64,000 nucleotides of DNA from Stegostoma tigrinum (GCF_030684315.1 NC_081358.1:98476756-98540755); one strand, 5' to 3'; counted from the first letter of the stretch, positions 25,460 through 39,589 are shown. Notes: a model not told the origin generated them from the sequence alone. Made by a program: numbers and translations.

Positions 25460-26650
25460 TCCTTTGTTTCATAAGAGCAGTGATAAGGCATTCAGATCTT
25501 GTGCAGACCAGCTGGCGGGAATGCTTGGTGACATCTTTAACCTCTCCTTACTTTGATCTGAATTCCCCTCCTGCATCAAGAAGACTATCATCATCCTCAT
25601 GCCAAAGAAAAATCGTGCAGTGTTCATCAATGACTACCACCCAGTGTTTCTGATCTCCATAATTATGACGTGCTTTGAGAGGTTAGTCTTGGCTGACATT
25701 GACTCCAATCTACCAGATTGCCTTGATCTTTTGCAATTTGCATACGGGTACAACGGGTCCATGGCAGATGCCATTTCCCTGGTCCTGTACTCAAACCTGG
25801 AACATCTAGATAACAAGGACACCTGTATCAGGCTTCTACTTATTGACTACAGCCTTTAACAAAATAATTCCAAAAAAACTCATCTTCCAACTTTGAGACC
25901 TATGTCTCTGGTCCCCTCGCTGTACCTGGATTTTGGACTTTCTGACCCCTGGACTGCAATCAGTAAGATTTCTACCAGAATAATCCTCAAAAATTGTGCC
26001 CCGCAAGGCTGTTTACTCAACACCATACTTGTACCCCTTATACACTCATGATTGTGTGGCCAAATTCAATCTCCATTCCATTTACAGGCTTGCTGATCAC
26101 ACTGCCGTGGTAGGTCAGATCTCAAGCAACAACGTTCAGAAAAGATTTACAAGGATATTGCCAGGGTTGAAGGATTTAAGCTCTCGGGAGAGGCTGACTA
26201 TGCTGGGGCTATTTTCCCTGGAGCACTAGAGGCTGAGGGGTGATCTATTGGAGTTATAAAATCATGAAGGGCATGGATCAGGTGATAGTCAAAGTATTTT
26301 CCCCAGGGTAGGGAAGCCCAAAACTAGAGGGGTTAGGTTTAAGGTGAGAGGGGAAAGATGTAGAAAGGACCTAACGGGCAACTCTTTCTTGTACAGTGTG
26401 GTGCGTGTGTGGAATGAACTGCCAGAGGAACTGGTGGAGGCTGATACAATTACAACATTTAAAAGGCATCTGGATGGATATATGAATAGGAAGGGTTTCG
26501 TGGGATATGGGCTAAATGCTGGCAAATGGGATTCAATTAATTTAATTAATTTAAGATATCTAGTCAGCATGAATGAGTTGGACGAAAGGGTCTGTTTCTG
26601 TGCTGTACATTTCTATCACTCTTTGATGAGACAGAATACAGGAAAGAGTG
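25460..26650 (+). mobile_element. REX1/Babar-type LINE fragment interrupted by a CR1 3' end (~26131-26624)
   Basis: ORF 25599-25859 (NDYHPVFLISIIMTCFERLV..LDLLQFAY..DAISLVL..HLDNKDTCIRLLLIDYS); CR1 motifs VQKRFTRILPGL and VVRVWNELPEELVEA; REX1 resumes at gatgagacagaatacaggaaagag. Confidence 0.8.
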
Positions 26651-29600
26651 TGGATGGAATGATCTTCAGAAGATCTGTGTGGACCCAGTGGGCCAAATGG
26701 CTGCTTCCACACTCTATGGATTCTATGATTCTAAGTCTTATAAACTCTGGTTTTGATTGCATTCAGCCCTTTATAAAACCGTGAACTGCATTTGACCTAG
26801 GTTGGATCGTAACTACAACTTAAATTTTTATGGTACCTTTAAGAAAGAAAATTAGGCCTAAGAAACTTTATCTATTGTTTGGTACTTGCTTTCCAATCAC
26901 AAAGATATAGGTTGGAAATGTTAGCTGAATATTTAGGTTTTGAGAAGATTTGTAAGGTGGGAGGACGATTTAGAGAGAGACAATTCCCAAGAGTTGAGCT
27001 GACTGTTGTGACTGCTGTGAATTAATTTCTCTCATCTCAGCTACCAGATCTTCTCTGGCTTTTCAGCATTGTTACAACATCCTGGCCATTCTTGGTCAAT
27101 GGGATACAGCAGTTACCTAAAAATGAATATGTTTTGAGAAATAAAACAGATTTCTGAACCCTCCTGAAAGATTATGAGAAGGGCCTAATTTTATATAGTA
27201 ATAATATCATTGAGATATCTACTTCTCAATTAAAATCACAATTAACAGATTATCTAGTCATAAATACATTACTGCTGGATGCAGCTTATTGCATGTAGGT
27301 TAGCTTCTCTGTCTTCTATATTAAACAGTATCTACACTTCAAAAAAAGCGTTGCTGTGCTCTGGGGTATTTCGTATGTTTATTTGTGTTACCCCAACATT
27401 TCATTGCATGCTGTAGGGGAAATGTCATAAGGCATTGAAATGACTGTTATTTTTTATTTTTTAGAACTTTAATTCATTTCATATCTCTAATACTTTGATA
27501 ATTATATAGGCTGTTTGTTAGAGCAGCTTCTTATTGTATTCTTTCACATGATATGGACTTTTTGGGCAGAGACAGCATTTATTGCCGATCCCTAATTGCC
27601 CTTGAACAGAAAGTCTTTCTGAGCCTTTTCTGAAGTTAGGTAAGAGTCACATCAATGCCAGACCAGGTATAAAATACACATTTTCATCACTACGGAAGAT
27701 TAGTGAACCACATGAGTTTTTATGATAACTGATAGTATTATGACAACCAATCCTGTGACTAACTTTCAAATTCAGAATTTATGAATTGAATTTTACCTCG
27801 ACCAGCTATTTTGGTGAACCATCAGAGCATTAAACTGGGTCTCTTCATCGATTAACCTAGTTACATTACCAGCAATGTAGTCCAACTGGGAATGCTCCCA
27901 AGCAAGTCTATTAAGAGAATCAGTGATACCACTTAAGCCAAATATACATAAACAACTAGCTGTGCTGAATGGCTGTTTGGCTTCAGTTATAGCAAAAATA
28001 AAATTCAGATCCTATCAAGAGCTTTAAGTGAAGTACTTTAAAGCCAACTGAAGTGCTTCCAGATAATTTGGTGGCAGCCAATGATTATGGCCTAGAGAGA
28101 CATTTTTTTCCATGGGTTGCCATTTTAAACAGTGCGTATGTGTAGTGAGAGCAGTATGAGATGTTTGTCTTAACAGCTTATACTTTCCACTTGCAGATTT
28201 TAGGGCAACAAAGAATCAAACATCCCTTGTTGGCTCCATCTATCTTTTGTCCCTTCGATCATGCCACTGCGCCTGCAGAGTGTCTTCCAGATCCCAACCA
28301 TGCATGCTTCTCTATTCTACCAACGTCTTATGTTTCCCATGTACATATTGCAATACAGAACCATATGAGGCCCATACTTTTTCTCCCATTATTGGCCATT
28401 ATGCCCTCAGCCCTGTTCAGCTGAAATCTTACTGCACACTCTCTTTCTCTTACCACCAACCAGTCTAGTCATCGAGGGCTCTTTACTGCTCTGTGAATTA
28501 CACACAAACAAACCCTGTCAACTACGCCAAGCTATTATGTCGATGGAAGAATAATCCAGTCTAGTCTGACTCCCCGAGGTTTCTTTTTACCAGTCTCCTT
28601 TGTTCAAGAACATAGCAGGATCTCTCTTCTGACTCCCAGAACAACATTGTATTCTATGAAATCAAAGTGCTATAGATTACAGCGTTTGCATGATCAATTG
28701 ATTACATAAGTCATCACATCCGAACGTGACCATCAAATGGATACAATATCTTTTTTCTTTGGACCACATACTTCCTTTATTTGCCTGCTTGTCAAACCTG
28801 TTGGTCAAAGCTTGCGCACTCCTTGTACTTGCCCAGACATGTTTGAGCTATACTAACCCTTTCACCTCCCTACTTTGTGCACTAAAGTTGTCCCAATTGA
28901 CATTGGGGGGGGGGGGTAAAAATCCTCTATTCTTACTGTCATCTTATTCTTTCACTTCCTGAAACTTGATTACATACTTCAGCCTTTATTTCTCCCTTTT
29001 TGTGTGCTTGTAGCTCACAACCAATAGCACATATGTCCCTTTTGTGTCTTTTACTTCTGCCCTTATGTCCTTGCTTGATGACCCTTCCAAGATATCAACC
29101 CTCCTCACAGCTGTAATTGATTCTTTGATCAATATTATAACCTTCCTCTTCTATCCTCCTCTCTATCTTGTCAGAATTTCCTAAATATTGAGCTACCAAT
29201 CCTACCCATTATTTCAACCAAGTCTTGGTCATAGCTATGGTATCATACTCCCATTTGCTTATTAATGCACTCAGCTCGTCTATCTTATTCCTTGCATTAA
29301 ACTACATCCATTTAGCCTTGCTAAACTCACTTCTTTCTTATTTCATCTGCCATCTAGACTCACTTGCTCGTGTTTTAAATTCTAAATCCACATCAGCTTT
29401 GTTTCTTATCGAACTATGTCAGAATCCCATCCCCCTGCTAATCTATTTTAAATTTGCACCAGTGGCATCAGCAAATCTTCCCTTCAGGATGTAGGTATTG
29501 TTTCTGTTGAGGTGTAAGCCATCCACTTACACAGTACCCACCTAACCCTAGAAATGGTCCCAATGCCTCAGAAATCTATAGCTGTCCCTCCTGCTACCAT

Positions 29601-32396
29601 ACTTCAACCACACATTCAGTTGCTTGACCCTTCTGTTCTGAGTTACTGCTGTGTGGCACCGTCGGTCTCCAGGGATGACTACTTTAGAATTCTTGCTTGT
29701 CAATTTTCTATGTTGAATTTATTGCGGCCTAAATTGCTATTTGTGATAAAGTCCTGAAAAGTTGGTATCTACACCCGGTGATACCAATGTTACATCTCAT
29801 TGCCCAATCTGCCCTAATGAAAACCTAGCAGCATGTCAAACAGCAACCAAAATGACCCGTGAAGGCTGCTTTCACTGGTATTAGCCAGGGAATGGTAGTA
29901 GTATTGAAATGGAACGTGAACAACAGTATAAGAATCAAAAATGTTAAGCTTGATTTTTAGACCCTGCTTGAACTCGGCTGCAGTTGGACCAGTGTTTAAA
30001 ACAGCCTTATGGTTGGTTAGCTGATTCCATAGCTGAGCCCAAACGGGCTATCTTTGTGGAGAAGGTAAATGGGTGGTTGACAGGACTACCAGCCTGCATG
30101 CGGCAGGTAGCCAACATAGTTTGTTATTGGCCACTCAAAGCCAACTAAAGGAGGATGACCAGAATTTTCCAGTTCCTGTCCAGGTTCTCACAGTTGGGGA
30201 AACTCGGTTTTACCTCGCCCCTGCTGTTGCCGTGGCTGAGGTGTTATAGCGCTGTCCTGGCTTTTAAACTTGTTATTTCATTTTAAATTTTTATAAATTT
30301 GAGAGAGGGCATTACCATGTCATAGACTCATACAGCATGGAAACAGACCCTTCAGTCCAAGCTGACCATAAACTAGCCCCACCTGCCAGCTCCTGGCCTA
30401 TTATCGCTTCAAACCTTTCTTTCCTATTTGATGAATAAAATGTAGCAGAAATGCTGTCAGACTTAATTGGCTACCGTCATCAACTCTCCTTTCCAAGCTG
30501 GAAGTTCTCTTAATGACCCCAACCATAATTGACTGTCCTGAGGTAAATTACAATGATTGATTGTTTTCCACAAAAAGAGAGCTTCTCCTGACGTTCCAGT
30601 CCAGTGGTACTGCTGTAAAAGTTCACATGGACTACAAAGCTACTTTTTGCCTTTTGGCTGTGACTCCACAGTTGTGACTGAGCTGCTGCATTGCGAAGAT
30701 TTAAGATGAATGTGAGGCAGATGGGTTGGGCAGTGAGTGCTAGCTTTGCTAAAACCCAAGACTGAATTCAAAGTAATATCCTTTAAACAAACCAACTTTT
30801 AGATCAGGATAATGGGTTATTTTTTTAATTTGAGAAATTCCCTTCAATTGTTTGAAGTTGATTTCATTGAGAATTTTGCACTTGCTGCTACTTCTGTCAA
30901 AATCAAGTTTGTTATTGTAGTGTTTGATTAAAACAATACAGAATGCCACCATTATAGAGCTGGGGGGCTTGCTAGCAGCCAGTAGTCAGACTCCCATCAC
31001 AATTGCTCCTTCCCCACCCCCTCCCCAATGTTTAAGATACTGCCCAGTCTGACAGTGAGGCCCAAAGGACCTAAAAGACTTTGGTTTGGTTTGCATTCTG
31101 CACTAGTTTATGCAGTTGGTGTCAGTACAGGCAATTACAGCTTACCGGCATAAGCTATGTCTGCTTGATCCTGGACACAGTGGCCACGTTACCTTTGGTG
31201 AAGTATTTTCTCCCAAAAGTATTACTGGAAGGTTGGAATTTAGAATTGGAAATGATAGAATTTTCTGTTTATTATCACACAAGTTAATCACCTGGTGGCA
31301 AAAGAAAACATGAAACGGGTGCAGGTTAAATCAGGCCCATTTTTATTTAAGACACAGCAGGTGAATGTTTCTGCTTGGCCTCATTCCATTGATGATACTT
31401 TGGAATTATCTTACATTCCACCATTTTGTTGCATGGTCTGAAAGAAAGGAAACAAATGTACAATGATTTATTAGGATAATTTGATTGTACGTCTGGTCTC
31501 GGCTGCTCTCAGGTTAGAAAGTGCCTTTATTGATGTTAAAAGAAGGCATACTGACTCAGCTGTGATTTTAAAAAAAAGACACAATCTGTCATTTTAATTT
31601 AATTACATTTAAGGGCCCCAAGCTATTTGACATGAATCCAGTCAGACAAAAACCGACAAGGAGCAAAACAAGAAGACATTAGGAATTGTGACCAAAAGCG
31701 AGGCCAAAAAGAGGTCAGTGTTGAGGAATTTCTTAATATAGGAAAGGAGTAAAGAGACAATGACATTTAAGCAAGGAAACCCATAACCTAAGACACACAC
31801 CTAAGTTGCAGACATCGGCACCAATGGTGTGAAGAAGACAACACAAAATTAGTCAAACAGAGCTCCTCAAGGCTTTTATTATTGAAGGATGCTGCAGAGA
31901 TAACGGAATGAAGCTGTGGACTTCATTTGAACACACAGATAAAGTTTTTAAAATCCAGGTGTTTGTGGATCAACAGAGGAGGCAAGATAGCAAGTATTGA
32001 CTTGATGGTTAGATAGAAATTAATGTGATTGAGGCAGGGAAGTTCAAGGAGAGCCCTGGCTTTTTTCAAGGTACTAGAGAGGACAGTGAGGTGGTCACAC
32101 TGATGGTTGAGTTGGCCAGTGACACTATCTTTTGACTTAATTATGAAGATTGATGATGGGCAAAATACAGGAGCACTTGACAGGGAAATCCAGGTGCATA
32201 TGTGGTTTGGGGAAGGTAGTTCTCATTGAAGACCTGTGGTTATGTCTTTGAAATGGGTTCTGGAATGCAGCTTCAAAGTTCAGGGGCATAGACTAGGACA
32301 TGAGGATGATTTATTAGACAAGGAATAATCAGCAAAAGTTAGAGCAGATCAGCAAAAGTGAAGAACCGTAATCCCTTGTGAAGTTTCACAAGATTT

Positions 32397-34040
32397 AGAA
32401 CAAAGAACAGTACAGCACAGCACAGGCCTTTCGGCCCATGATGTTGTGCTAACTTATCCTAAGATCAATCTAGTTGCATACCCTATATTTTACTATCCTC
32501 CAAGAATCGCTTAAAAGTCTTTAAAGTATCTGACTCCACTACTACTGCCGGCAGCGCATTCTACATGCCCACCACTCCCTGTGTGAAGAAGCTACCTCTG
32601 ATATCTCCCCTACACCTTCCTCCAATCACACTAAAATAAAGCCCCCTCATAATAGTCATTTCCACCCTGGGAAAAAGTCTCTGGCTATCCACTCTATTTA
32701 TGCCTCACATCATCTTGTTTACCTCTATCAAGTTGCCTCTCATCCTTCTTCACTCCAATGTAAAAAGCCCTAGCTCCCTCAACCTTTCCTCATAAGACCT
32801 GCCCTCCAGTTCAGGCAGCATCTCCTCTGCGCCCTCTCTAAAGCTTTCATATCTTTCCAGTAATGAGGTGACCAGACTTGGAAACAATATTCCAAGTGTG
32901 GCCTAACCACAGTTTTGTAGAGCTGCAGCATAGCCTCACAGCTCTTAAACTCAATTCCCCTGCCAATGAAAGCCAACACAGCATATGCCTTCTTTACAAC
33001 CCTATCGACTTGGATCGCAACTTTCATAGAATACCTACAATGTGGAAACAGGCCCTTCGAATCAACAAGTCAACACTGACCCACAGAGCATCCCACCCAG
33101 ATCCATCCCCCCACCTTTCCCTGTAACCCACCTAATTAACACACCTCTGAACACTATTGATAAATTAGTATGGCCAATCCACCTAGCCTGCCCATTGTTG
33201 GACTGTGGAAGGAAACCAGAGCACCTGGAGGAAACCCACGCAGACACGGGGAGAATGTGCAAACTCCACACAGACAGTTGCCCGAGTTTGGAATCGAACC
33301 CGGGCCTCTGGCACTGGGAGTCAGCAGTGCTAACCACTGAGCCACCATTCCACTTGGGGGATCTATGAACATGGACCCCGAGATCCCTCTGTTCCTCCAC
33401 ACTGCTGAGAATCCTGCCATTAACCCTGTATTCTGCATTCAAATTTCAACCTTCCAAAATGAATGACTTCACACTTTTCTGGGTGGAATTCCATCTGCCA
33501 CTTCTTTGCCCAGCTCTGCATCCTGTCAATGTCCCGTTGCAACCTATAACAGCCTTCCACGCTGTCCACAACTCCACCAACCTTCATATCATCGGCAAAC
33601 TTACTAACCCACCTTTCCACTTCCTCATCCATGTCATCTATAAAGATCACAAAGAGCAGAGGTCTCAGAACAGATTCCTGCTGAACGCCACTGGTCACCG
33701 AGGTCCAGGCTGAATACTTTCGCTGTACTACCACCCTGTCTTCTATTGGGCAGCCAGTTTCGTATCCAGACAGCCAAATTTCTCTAAATCCCATGCCTCC
33801 TTACTTTCTGAATGAGCCTACCATGTGGAACCTTATCGAATACCTTGCTAAAATCCAGATAACACCACATCCACTGCTCTGCCTTCAATGTGTTTTGTCA
33901 CATCTTCAAAGAATTCACTAATGCTTGTGAGGCATGACCTGCCCTCCTCAAAGCCATGCTGACTCTTTCTAATCAAACCATGCTTGTCTAAATATTCAAA
34001 AATACTGTGTCAGAATCCTCTCCAATAGTTTGCCCACCAC
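32397..34040 (-). mobile_element. CR1 (HER1-like) LINE 3' ~1.3 kb, interrupted by a SINE
   Basis: ORFs VTSGVQQESVLRPLLFVIFIDDMD..SKFADDMK..KCEVIHFG and LYKTVVRPHLEYC..WSPHY. Confidence 0.9.
33025..33352 (-). mobile_element. HE1-like tRNA-derived SINE
   Basis: Head GGTGGCTCAGTGGTTAGCACTGCTG..GGGTTCGATTCC (A/B boxes), central GTGTGGAGTTTGCACATTCTCCCCGTGTCTGCGTGGGTTTCCTCC, CR1-derived tail. Confidence 0.85.
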
Positions 34041-34576
34041 AGAAGTAAGATTTGATGACCCCATATGTCATTAATGTTTGAAGGGTAGTTCCCGGGAAAT
34101 CTGTAAAATCTGACTTGATTGCATTTATTATTGATTTATGCTGTGGGTATTTGATAATTGTATTCTGGGTGTTGAAAATAAACTGTAACAAATATAATGT
34201 AGATTATATTACTGTCAAATGTGTATAGGAAGGTAATGTTGCTTGTTCTAAACTGTGGCATCTTTTGGCTTTATTCTCTTAGTAAGTCCCCTGCATCTCA
34301 TCTTTTACCTACTTTAAAAATAAATATTATTGGTTCCAAGGCCAGGTTGCAAACATAATTTTAGTGATCACTTCCAGAACCATAACTTGTTGGCAGCCTG
34401 GTTTGGAGTCATAACATGTATATTTAAATAAAGGAGATTTGTAATATTTTATTTCATTGAGTAGATTCTTCACATACTCATTTCAAATAAACCCATTCCA
34501 AGGTTCCTTCATGGCTTCATTCCTTATCCTTTCTGAGAGATCATCTTCATTCATCAACAGCCTATTCACTCCAGTA

Positions 34577-34837
34577 TCACTTAGTTAATGTTTCCAACAT
34601 TTCTTTCTCAAGACAGATCTTTCCTGGAATGTCCCACCCTCCTTTAGAATGTTTCCCACAATCATATTCCCTTACCAGCTTGTCTCTGCTGAAAGTCAAC
34701 AATTTCTCTATAGTCTTCCCTATAATTTCCCTCCTATCCTTACCCCTGCTATTCTGCTCTATAAAGGGCCCTAAAATATTTTCCTTTAAGTGAAAAGCCA
34801 TGTAGTACTTGAATACAAAGGTATTGTGTATCGTGGT
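34577..34837 (-). CDS. Candidate terminal exon 8 of the elastase gene (TTIHNTFVFKYYMAFHLK...ETLTK*)
   Basis: Pyrimidine-rich acceptor cctgttcctttgtAG in phase 0, 179 bp after exon 7; open for 86 codons; AATAAA (minus) at 34448-34453; other nearby acceptors are possible. Confidence 0.4.
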   Translation of the reverse strand, partial: TTIHNTFVFKYYMAFHLKENILGPFIEQNSRGKDRREIIGKTIEKLLTFSRDKLVREYDCGKHSKGGWDIPGKICLEKEMLETLTK

Positions 34838-35016
34838 CTACAAAGGAACAGGTAATATACTATTGAAGCAAAGTACTACAGAGACTGAAAACTTTAAATT
34901 GAATGCAGGAAATACTGAACAATCAGTGAGTTATTCGTCGTCAGTGGCAAGAGAAAAAGTGTTAACTTTTAGAGCAGTAATCTTAGGTCAGGGAATGAAT
35001 AAATAAGGAGGCCTAC

Positions 35017-35166
35017 CTGGAATATCCAGTTTTGGAATGCTGATACTCGAGTAAAAACTGTAGGATACCTCTCCATAACACAGGAGACTGGTCCAAAGCT
35101 TACGACACCATGGACAATCCAAGCTCCATCACTACCCTGACAGTTCAGAGGGCCACCAGAATCTCC
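35017..35166 (-). CDS. Elastase-like protease exon 7 (catalytic Ser): [50 protein letters not shown]
   Basis: acAG/GTaggc, 150 nt, phase 0/0, GDSGGP motif. Confidence 0.95.
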
Positions 35167-35768
35167 CTGTCACAACAAAATGAATACAAAGTAATGAGAT
35201 GAACTCATTTAGTTTATTACTTTCACTAATTACATAACATAACATTGACTCAAGGGCCTGCTAGGTTGCAACTATTCATGTGATATAAACCCTGGTTTAA
35301 TTAGACTTTTGAATGGACCTCGCAAATTATAAATTTCATGTTGATCTCGCTCTCTGATCATCCTCTCTGCAGCTGTAATATTGTATGCTGTACCATTACA
35401 CTATGCACTTTTTATGGCATATCCTGATTTTTGCTTGCGTGCAGTACACTTTTCATTGTACTTAAGTACATGTGACAATAATAAATCGAATCAAATTAAA
35501 AACAAAAACAAATTTCTGGAAAGGCTCAGCAGGTCTGGCAGCATCTGTGGAGAGAAATCAGAGATAACATTTCAGATTGAGTGATCCATACAACTTGGAG
35601 TTAACTCTGATTTCTCTCCACAGATCCTGCCAGCCCCTGCTAAGTTTTGCCAGCAATTTCTGTGTTTGTTTCTGATTTACAGCTTCCGCAATTCTTGCGG
35701 ATTTTACAGATCAGATCAAATGCAGCATTTGCATCGTAATGACATTATAAATTAATAGAAGTCATTAC

Positions 35769-35914
35769 CTGACATCCAGCAGTCACACCATCACCCCCAG
35801 CACAGATCATATCTTCAGTGACTGTGTTTGACCACCAGTACGGAGACGAGCATGTCTTGTAGTCCACCACGTGGAGCAGAGCTTGCTGCAGTGTGGGAGA
35901 TGGAACACCAAAAG
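35769..35914 (-). CDS. Elastase-like protease exon 6: (P)FGVPSPTLQQALLHVVDYKTCSSPYWWSNTVTEDMICAGGDGVTAGCQ
   Basis: ttttcAG/GTaatg, 146 nt, phase 1/0; CELA-type CS...WW...V...MICAGGDG motif. Confidence 0.95.
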
Positions 35915-37467
35915 CTGAAAAAGTGTATCAATGTAATTTTATTTTTAGTGGCTCTGACAGTCCCATCAAACCTATATTGTCGGCTTTCCGGTCCAGTAAT
36001 AAACTTATGTATTTAATGAGTTGTTATTTATGTCATGATTACCAGATTACTTTGTGCCACTATGTTGTAGAATGGTACTTACAGGTACATCTGAATCAAT
36101 ATCTGCCCTAAAACATCTCAGGCATGCTTTGAAGACATAATGAAAGATATAGTGACATCTAATGGCTAAATGTGCATGCTGCAAATTTAGTTTTAAGGAG
36201 TGAGATTTTCTCTAGCTACCACACATGTCAAAGCATTTGCGTGGTGGACAATGGGGAGTCTGAAGCTGAAACTGCATTAATCTCACACTTAACAGAAGCC
36301 GCTGTCTCCACTAAGGAGATAAACTTTGTGTGCTGAAACAAACTGTAAGGAGGATTGTTAAGAACAGATTGCTCAATACAGTTGCCTTCCAGCTAAGGAA
36401 GCTGTATGGTATTTTCATGTCAGGCAATTGAACAAACACTGCCTCCTAACAATGACTTTGGGGACTAAGTATGTTGTTGCAAAAAAATTCTGACCACTGC
36501 ATCACTTCTACATCATTTTTTACTGCTGAGTTGCTGCTGGAGATTTGAAGACAACTTTTGAAACACATCAAGAAAGCAGAAGGAACACTTTATCAAGATT
36601 TCAACAGCACTCCATCAATAATTGTTCTATTAGAAGACTTCATCAAAACAGCCTAACTGCCGTGCCATTCCATGCTATTGAACAAATAGGAATCATCAAG
36701 GACAAGACTGTGCTGGCCATTAATATCTTGTTTGAGATTGCTAACGATCTCTAATGGGAAAAGCAGGAGTACAAAATATAAGACAGAGCAGCTGTAGGAC
36801 AGTGACAGGAAAACACACTGTTCAATCTCTGCCACTGTCAGTAGAGGACATGCTCTTTCACTGAAACTCCTCCTCCTTTAGGACCTTGCCACATTGTATG
36901 CCCTTTCTCACTCAATCCCTGAACCAATCTGAAACAGGATGTTCTTTATCAGCCTGTACACTCCACACATTCATGGAGGTGGGTTTATGGAGCCAATATA
37001 CCATATTACTAGAAACATTGTGCCCAATTAGTGCTAAAACTAGATTGTCGAACAAGTCTTGGCATAGCATCTATTCAACTGCAGTGTTCACATCATTTTG
37101 ACCAAATATGCACCAAGTTGTCCATCTGCACTATTATGAATCCTTTCCATAATGCATATTTGCACTGTTAATAATTTCAGGCATATCTAAGGGAATTCAA
37201 CAATGGACACTGCAGAAGTCCAAATTGAACTTTTTAAACGGCACCACAAAATCTGCAATACCAAAACAGGCCATTCAGTTCAACTGCTCTATGCTAGATT
37301 TTACACAGTGACTTTATTTTAATTTAGTTACTCTCCTTGCCCTGAGTTCCATATTCATCTATTCCCTTCCACCTCTTCTTAAATGTACTATGTCTTTCTA
37401 CTGCCCTGTAGCAGAGCATTTTGCATTTTTGCAGTTATCCATACAAAGAAATGAATCTTAAAGTTTT

Positions 37468-37679
37468 AGGTAGTGGAAGCTACCAATGCTGGAGAGTCTG
37501 AGATAACAAGGTGTAGAGCTGGATGAACACAGCAGACCAAGCAACATCAGAGGAGCAGGAAAGCTGACGTTTTGGGTCTGGACCAGTCTTCAGAAGAAGG
37601 GTCTAGGCCCAAAACGTCAGCCTTCCTGCTCTTCTGATGCTGCTTGGCCTGCTGTGTTCATCCAGCTCTACACCTTGTT
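37468..37679. mobile_element. Fold-back mini-element made of Penelope-like 3' ends
   Basis: Arms ~37501-37590 and ~37596-37683; imperfect TSD atcttaaa(g/t)tttt at 37455-37467 and 37680-37692. Confidence 0.8.
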
Positions 37680-37746
37680 ATCTTAAATTTTTTGTTTGTT
37701 CTGTTAACTATTGTGTTATAGTTATACCCTCTTGTTGTGAACTTAC

Positions 37747-37883
37747 GTTGAGTTAATCCCCATCCAGTAATGTAACAAGGATATCCATTGGGTAGAATGT
37801 AACCAAAGCTTGGTAAGATTGCTATTTCTACATCAGGAGTACCACTTGCAGGTTGTTTCAAACGCAGTAGGGCAATGTCATTT
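37747..37883 (-). CDS. Elastase-like protease exon 5 (catalytic Asp): [45 protein letters not shown]
   Basis: cttttAG/GTaagt, 137 nt, phase 2/1; DIALL and CYITGWG motifs, also visible in ORF 37658-38029. Confidence 0.96.
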
Positions 37884-39589
37884 CTAAAAGTCAAAGAGTG
37901 AAAGGTGAATGCAAAGATGGTAAGAGATCCCAGTTGTCTTTCGGAGTTAGTTGACCTCAAAAGTACCTCCAAATGTACCCCAGCACCTTTGGCTAAGAAG
38001 AAGGGAACAAAATCAGTCAACATTCTCATGGTTGAAAGCTCTGTTAGTTAGCTCTGGAGGAAAAGTGTAACATTGATTAGTTGCAATAAAATTAAGCTTA
38101 CAATTATACAACACCTTTCAAGACCTCAAGATGTCTCATCGTCCTTTGAGGCCAGTAAATTCTTTTTGCTTTTAGGGATCGATTTGTATTTTGAATATAT
38201 GAAAATTAAAATTGGTCTGTTTTCCAACTTCAAAAGCCCATCATCTCAGCCTAAAACTCAATCAAATTAGTGAGATGTGACTTCCCAAGCACAAAGCTAT
38301 GCTGGCTATCCCTAATCAATCCTTTCCAAATGCATGTAAATCCTGTCCCTCAGAATGTCCTCCAACAACTTATCCACTACTGAGGTAAGGCTTACCACTC
38401 TGCAGTTCCTGGACTGTTCCTTACAGCCTTACTTAAATAATGGCACCACACTAATTAATCTCCAGTCTTCTAGCACCTCACCTGTGGGTATTGATGATAC
38501 AAATATCTCCAAAATGGACCCAGCAATCTCTTCCCTAGCTTCCCACAAAGTTCTGGGAAACACCTGATCAGTTCCCAATGATATATCTGTCTTTGTGCCT
38601 TTTAAGAACCCAGCACCTCATCTTCACCAAGTTCTCCAGCTTCTATGTCCTTTCTACACTAAATACAGGCATGAAATACTCATTTAGTTTTGACGGTATT
38701 AGACAGGAACTTTCAAAAGTTGACTGAGTGTGGCTATTTGCAGGTAAAGGGATGGTTGGCATGTAGGACACCTTTAAGAATGAGATAACAAGAGTTCAAA
38801 GACTGTATGTTCCTGTTGTTCTGAAGGGCAACACTGGTAGGTGTAGGAAATATTGGATGACTAGAGAAATTGAGGCTCTGGTCAAGAAAAAGAACGAGGC
38901 ATTTATTGCGTATATACAGCTGGGATTGAGTGAATCCACTACACGATGATACTGTAAACCTCCCTTATCTCAGGTCTATCATTTTCACTGGATATGGACA
39001 GGGACAGTTAAAACAAAGTTTGCTGTATATTTGAGGCTTGGACAGATTTTTGTAATCAGTAAGTGATTCAAAGCTTACGGGGAAAAGGCAGGAAAGTGGA
39101 ATTGAGGATAATCACTGATTAGTGGAACATACTTGACGGGCCAAATTGTCTACTTTTGCTCCTGTGTCTTATTGTCTTACAGACACAGCACTGAATTCAA
39201 TCACCACAGTAAAAATGCACTTGACATATAATCCAGCATCTGATAATGATGTTTGAAGTGAATACTTTCAACCCATATGTTTCAAAATCTTCCCAACTTC
39301 TCAGCAGGCTTTCCAAGGTCTCCTAACTCTCAAACAATGACAGATTTGCAGAATTCTTCTAAATCCTGCCAACTGATCAACATACTACGGGACAGGAGAA
39401 ACAAACTTCCCTGCGACTACCAATATTGACCTGAATGCCAGAGTATATGTAATTGGGGTCACAATCTAAGCCTAACTCAAAATTCTTCCTGTATTTGGAA
39501 TATCATGTGATGCTTTCTTTAATATAAGAAACCTAAATTTCTAAAGAAAAGATTTTGCTGATTCCAGGAGGAAACAAAAATTTGGGAAA

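Noticed and set aside
28161-28468. Overlapping plus-strand ORFs in apparently unique sequence
   Set aside because: No homology recognised and no consistent exon chain.
33290-33352. tRNA-like A/B-box sequences (also ~60590-60650 and ~62845-62915)
   Set aside because: They are SINE heads followed by SINE body and tail, not tRNA genes.
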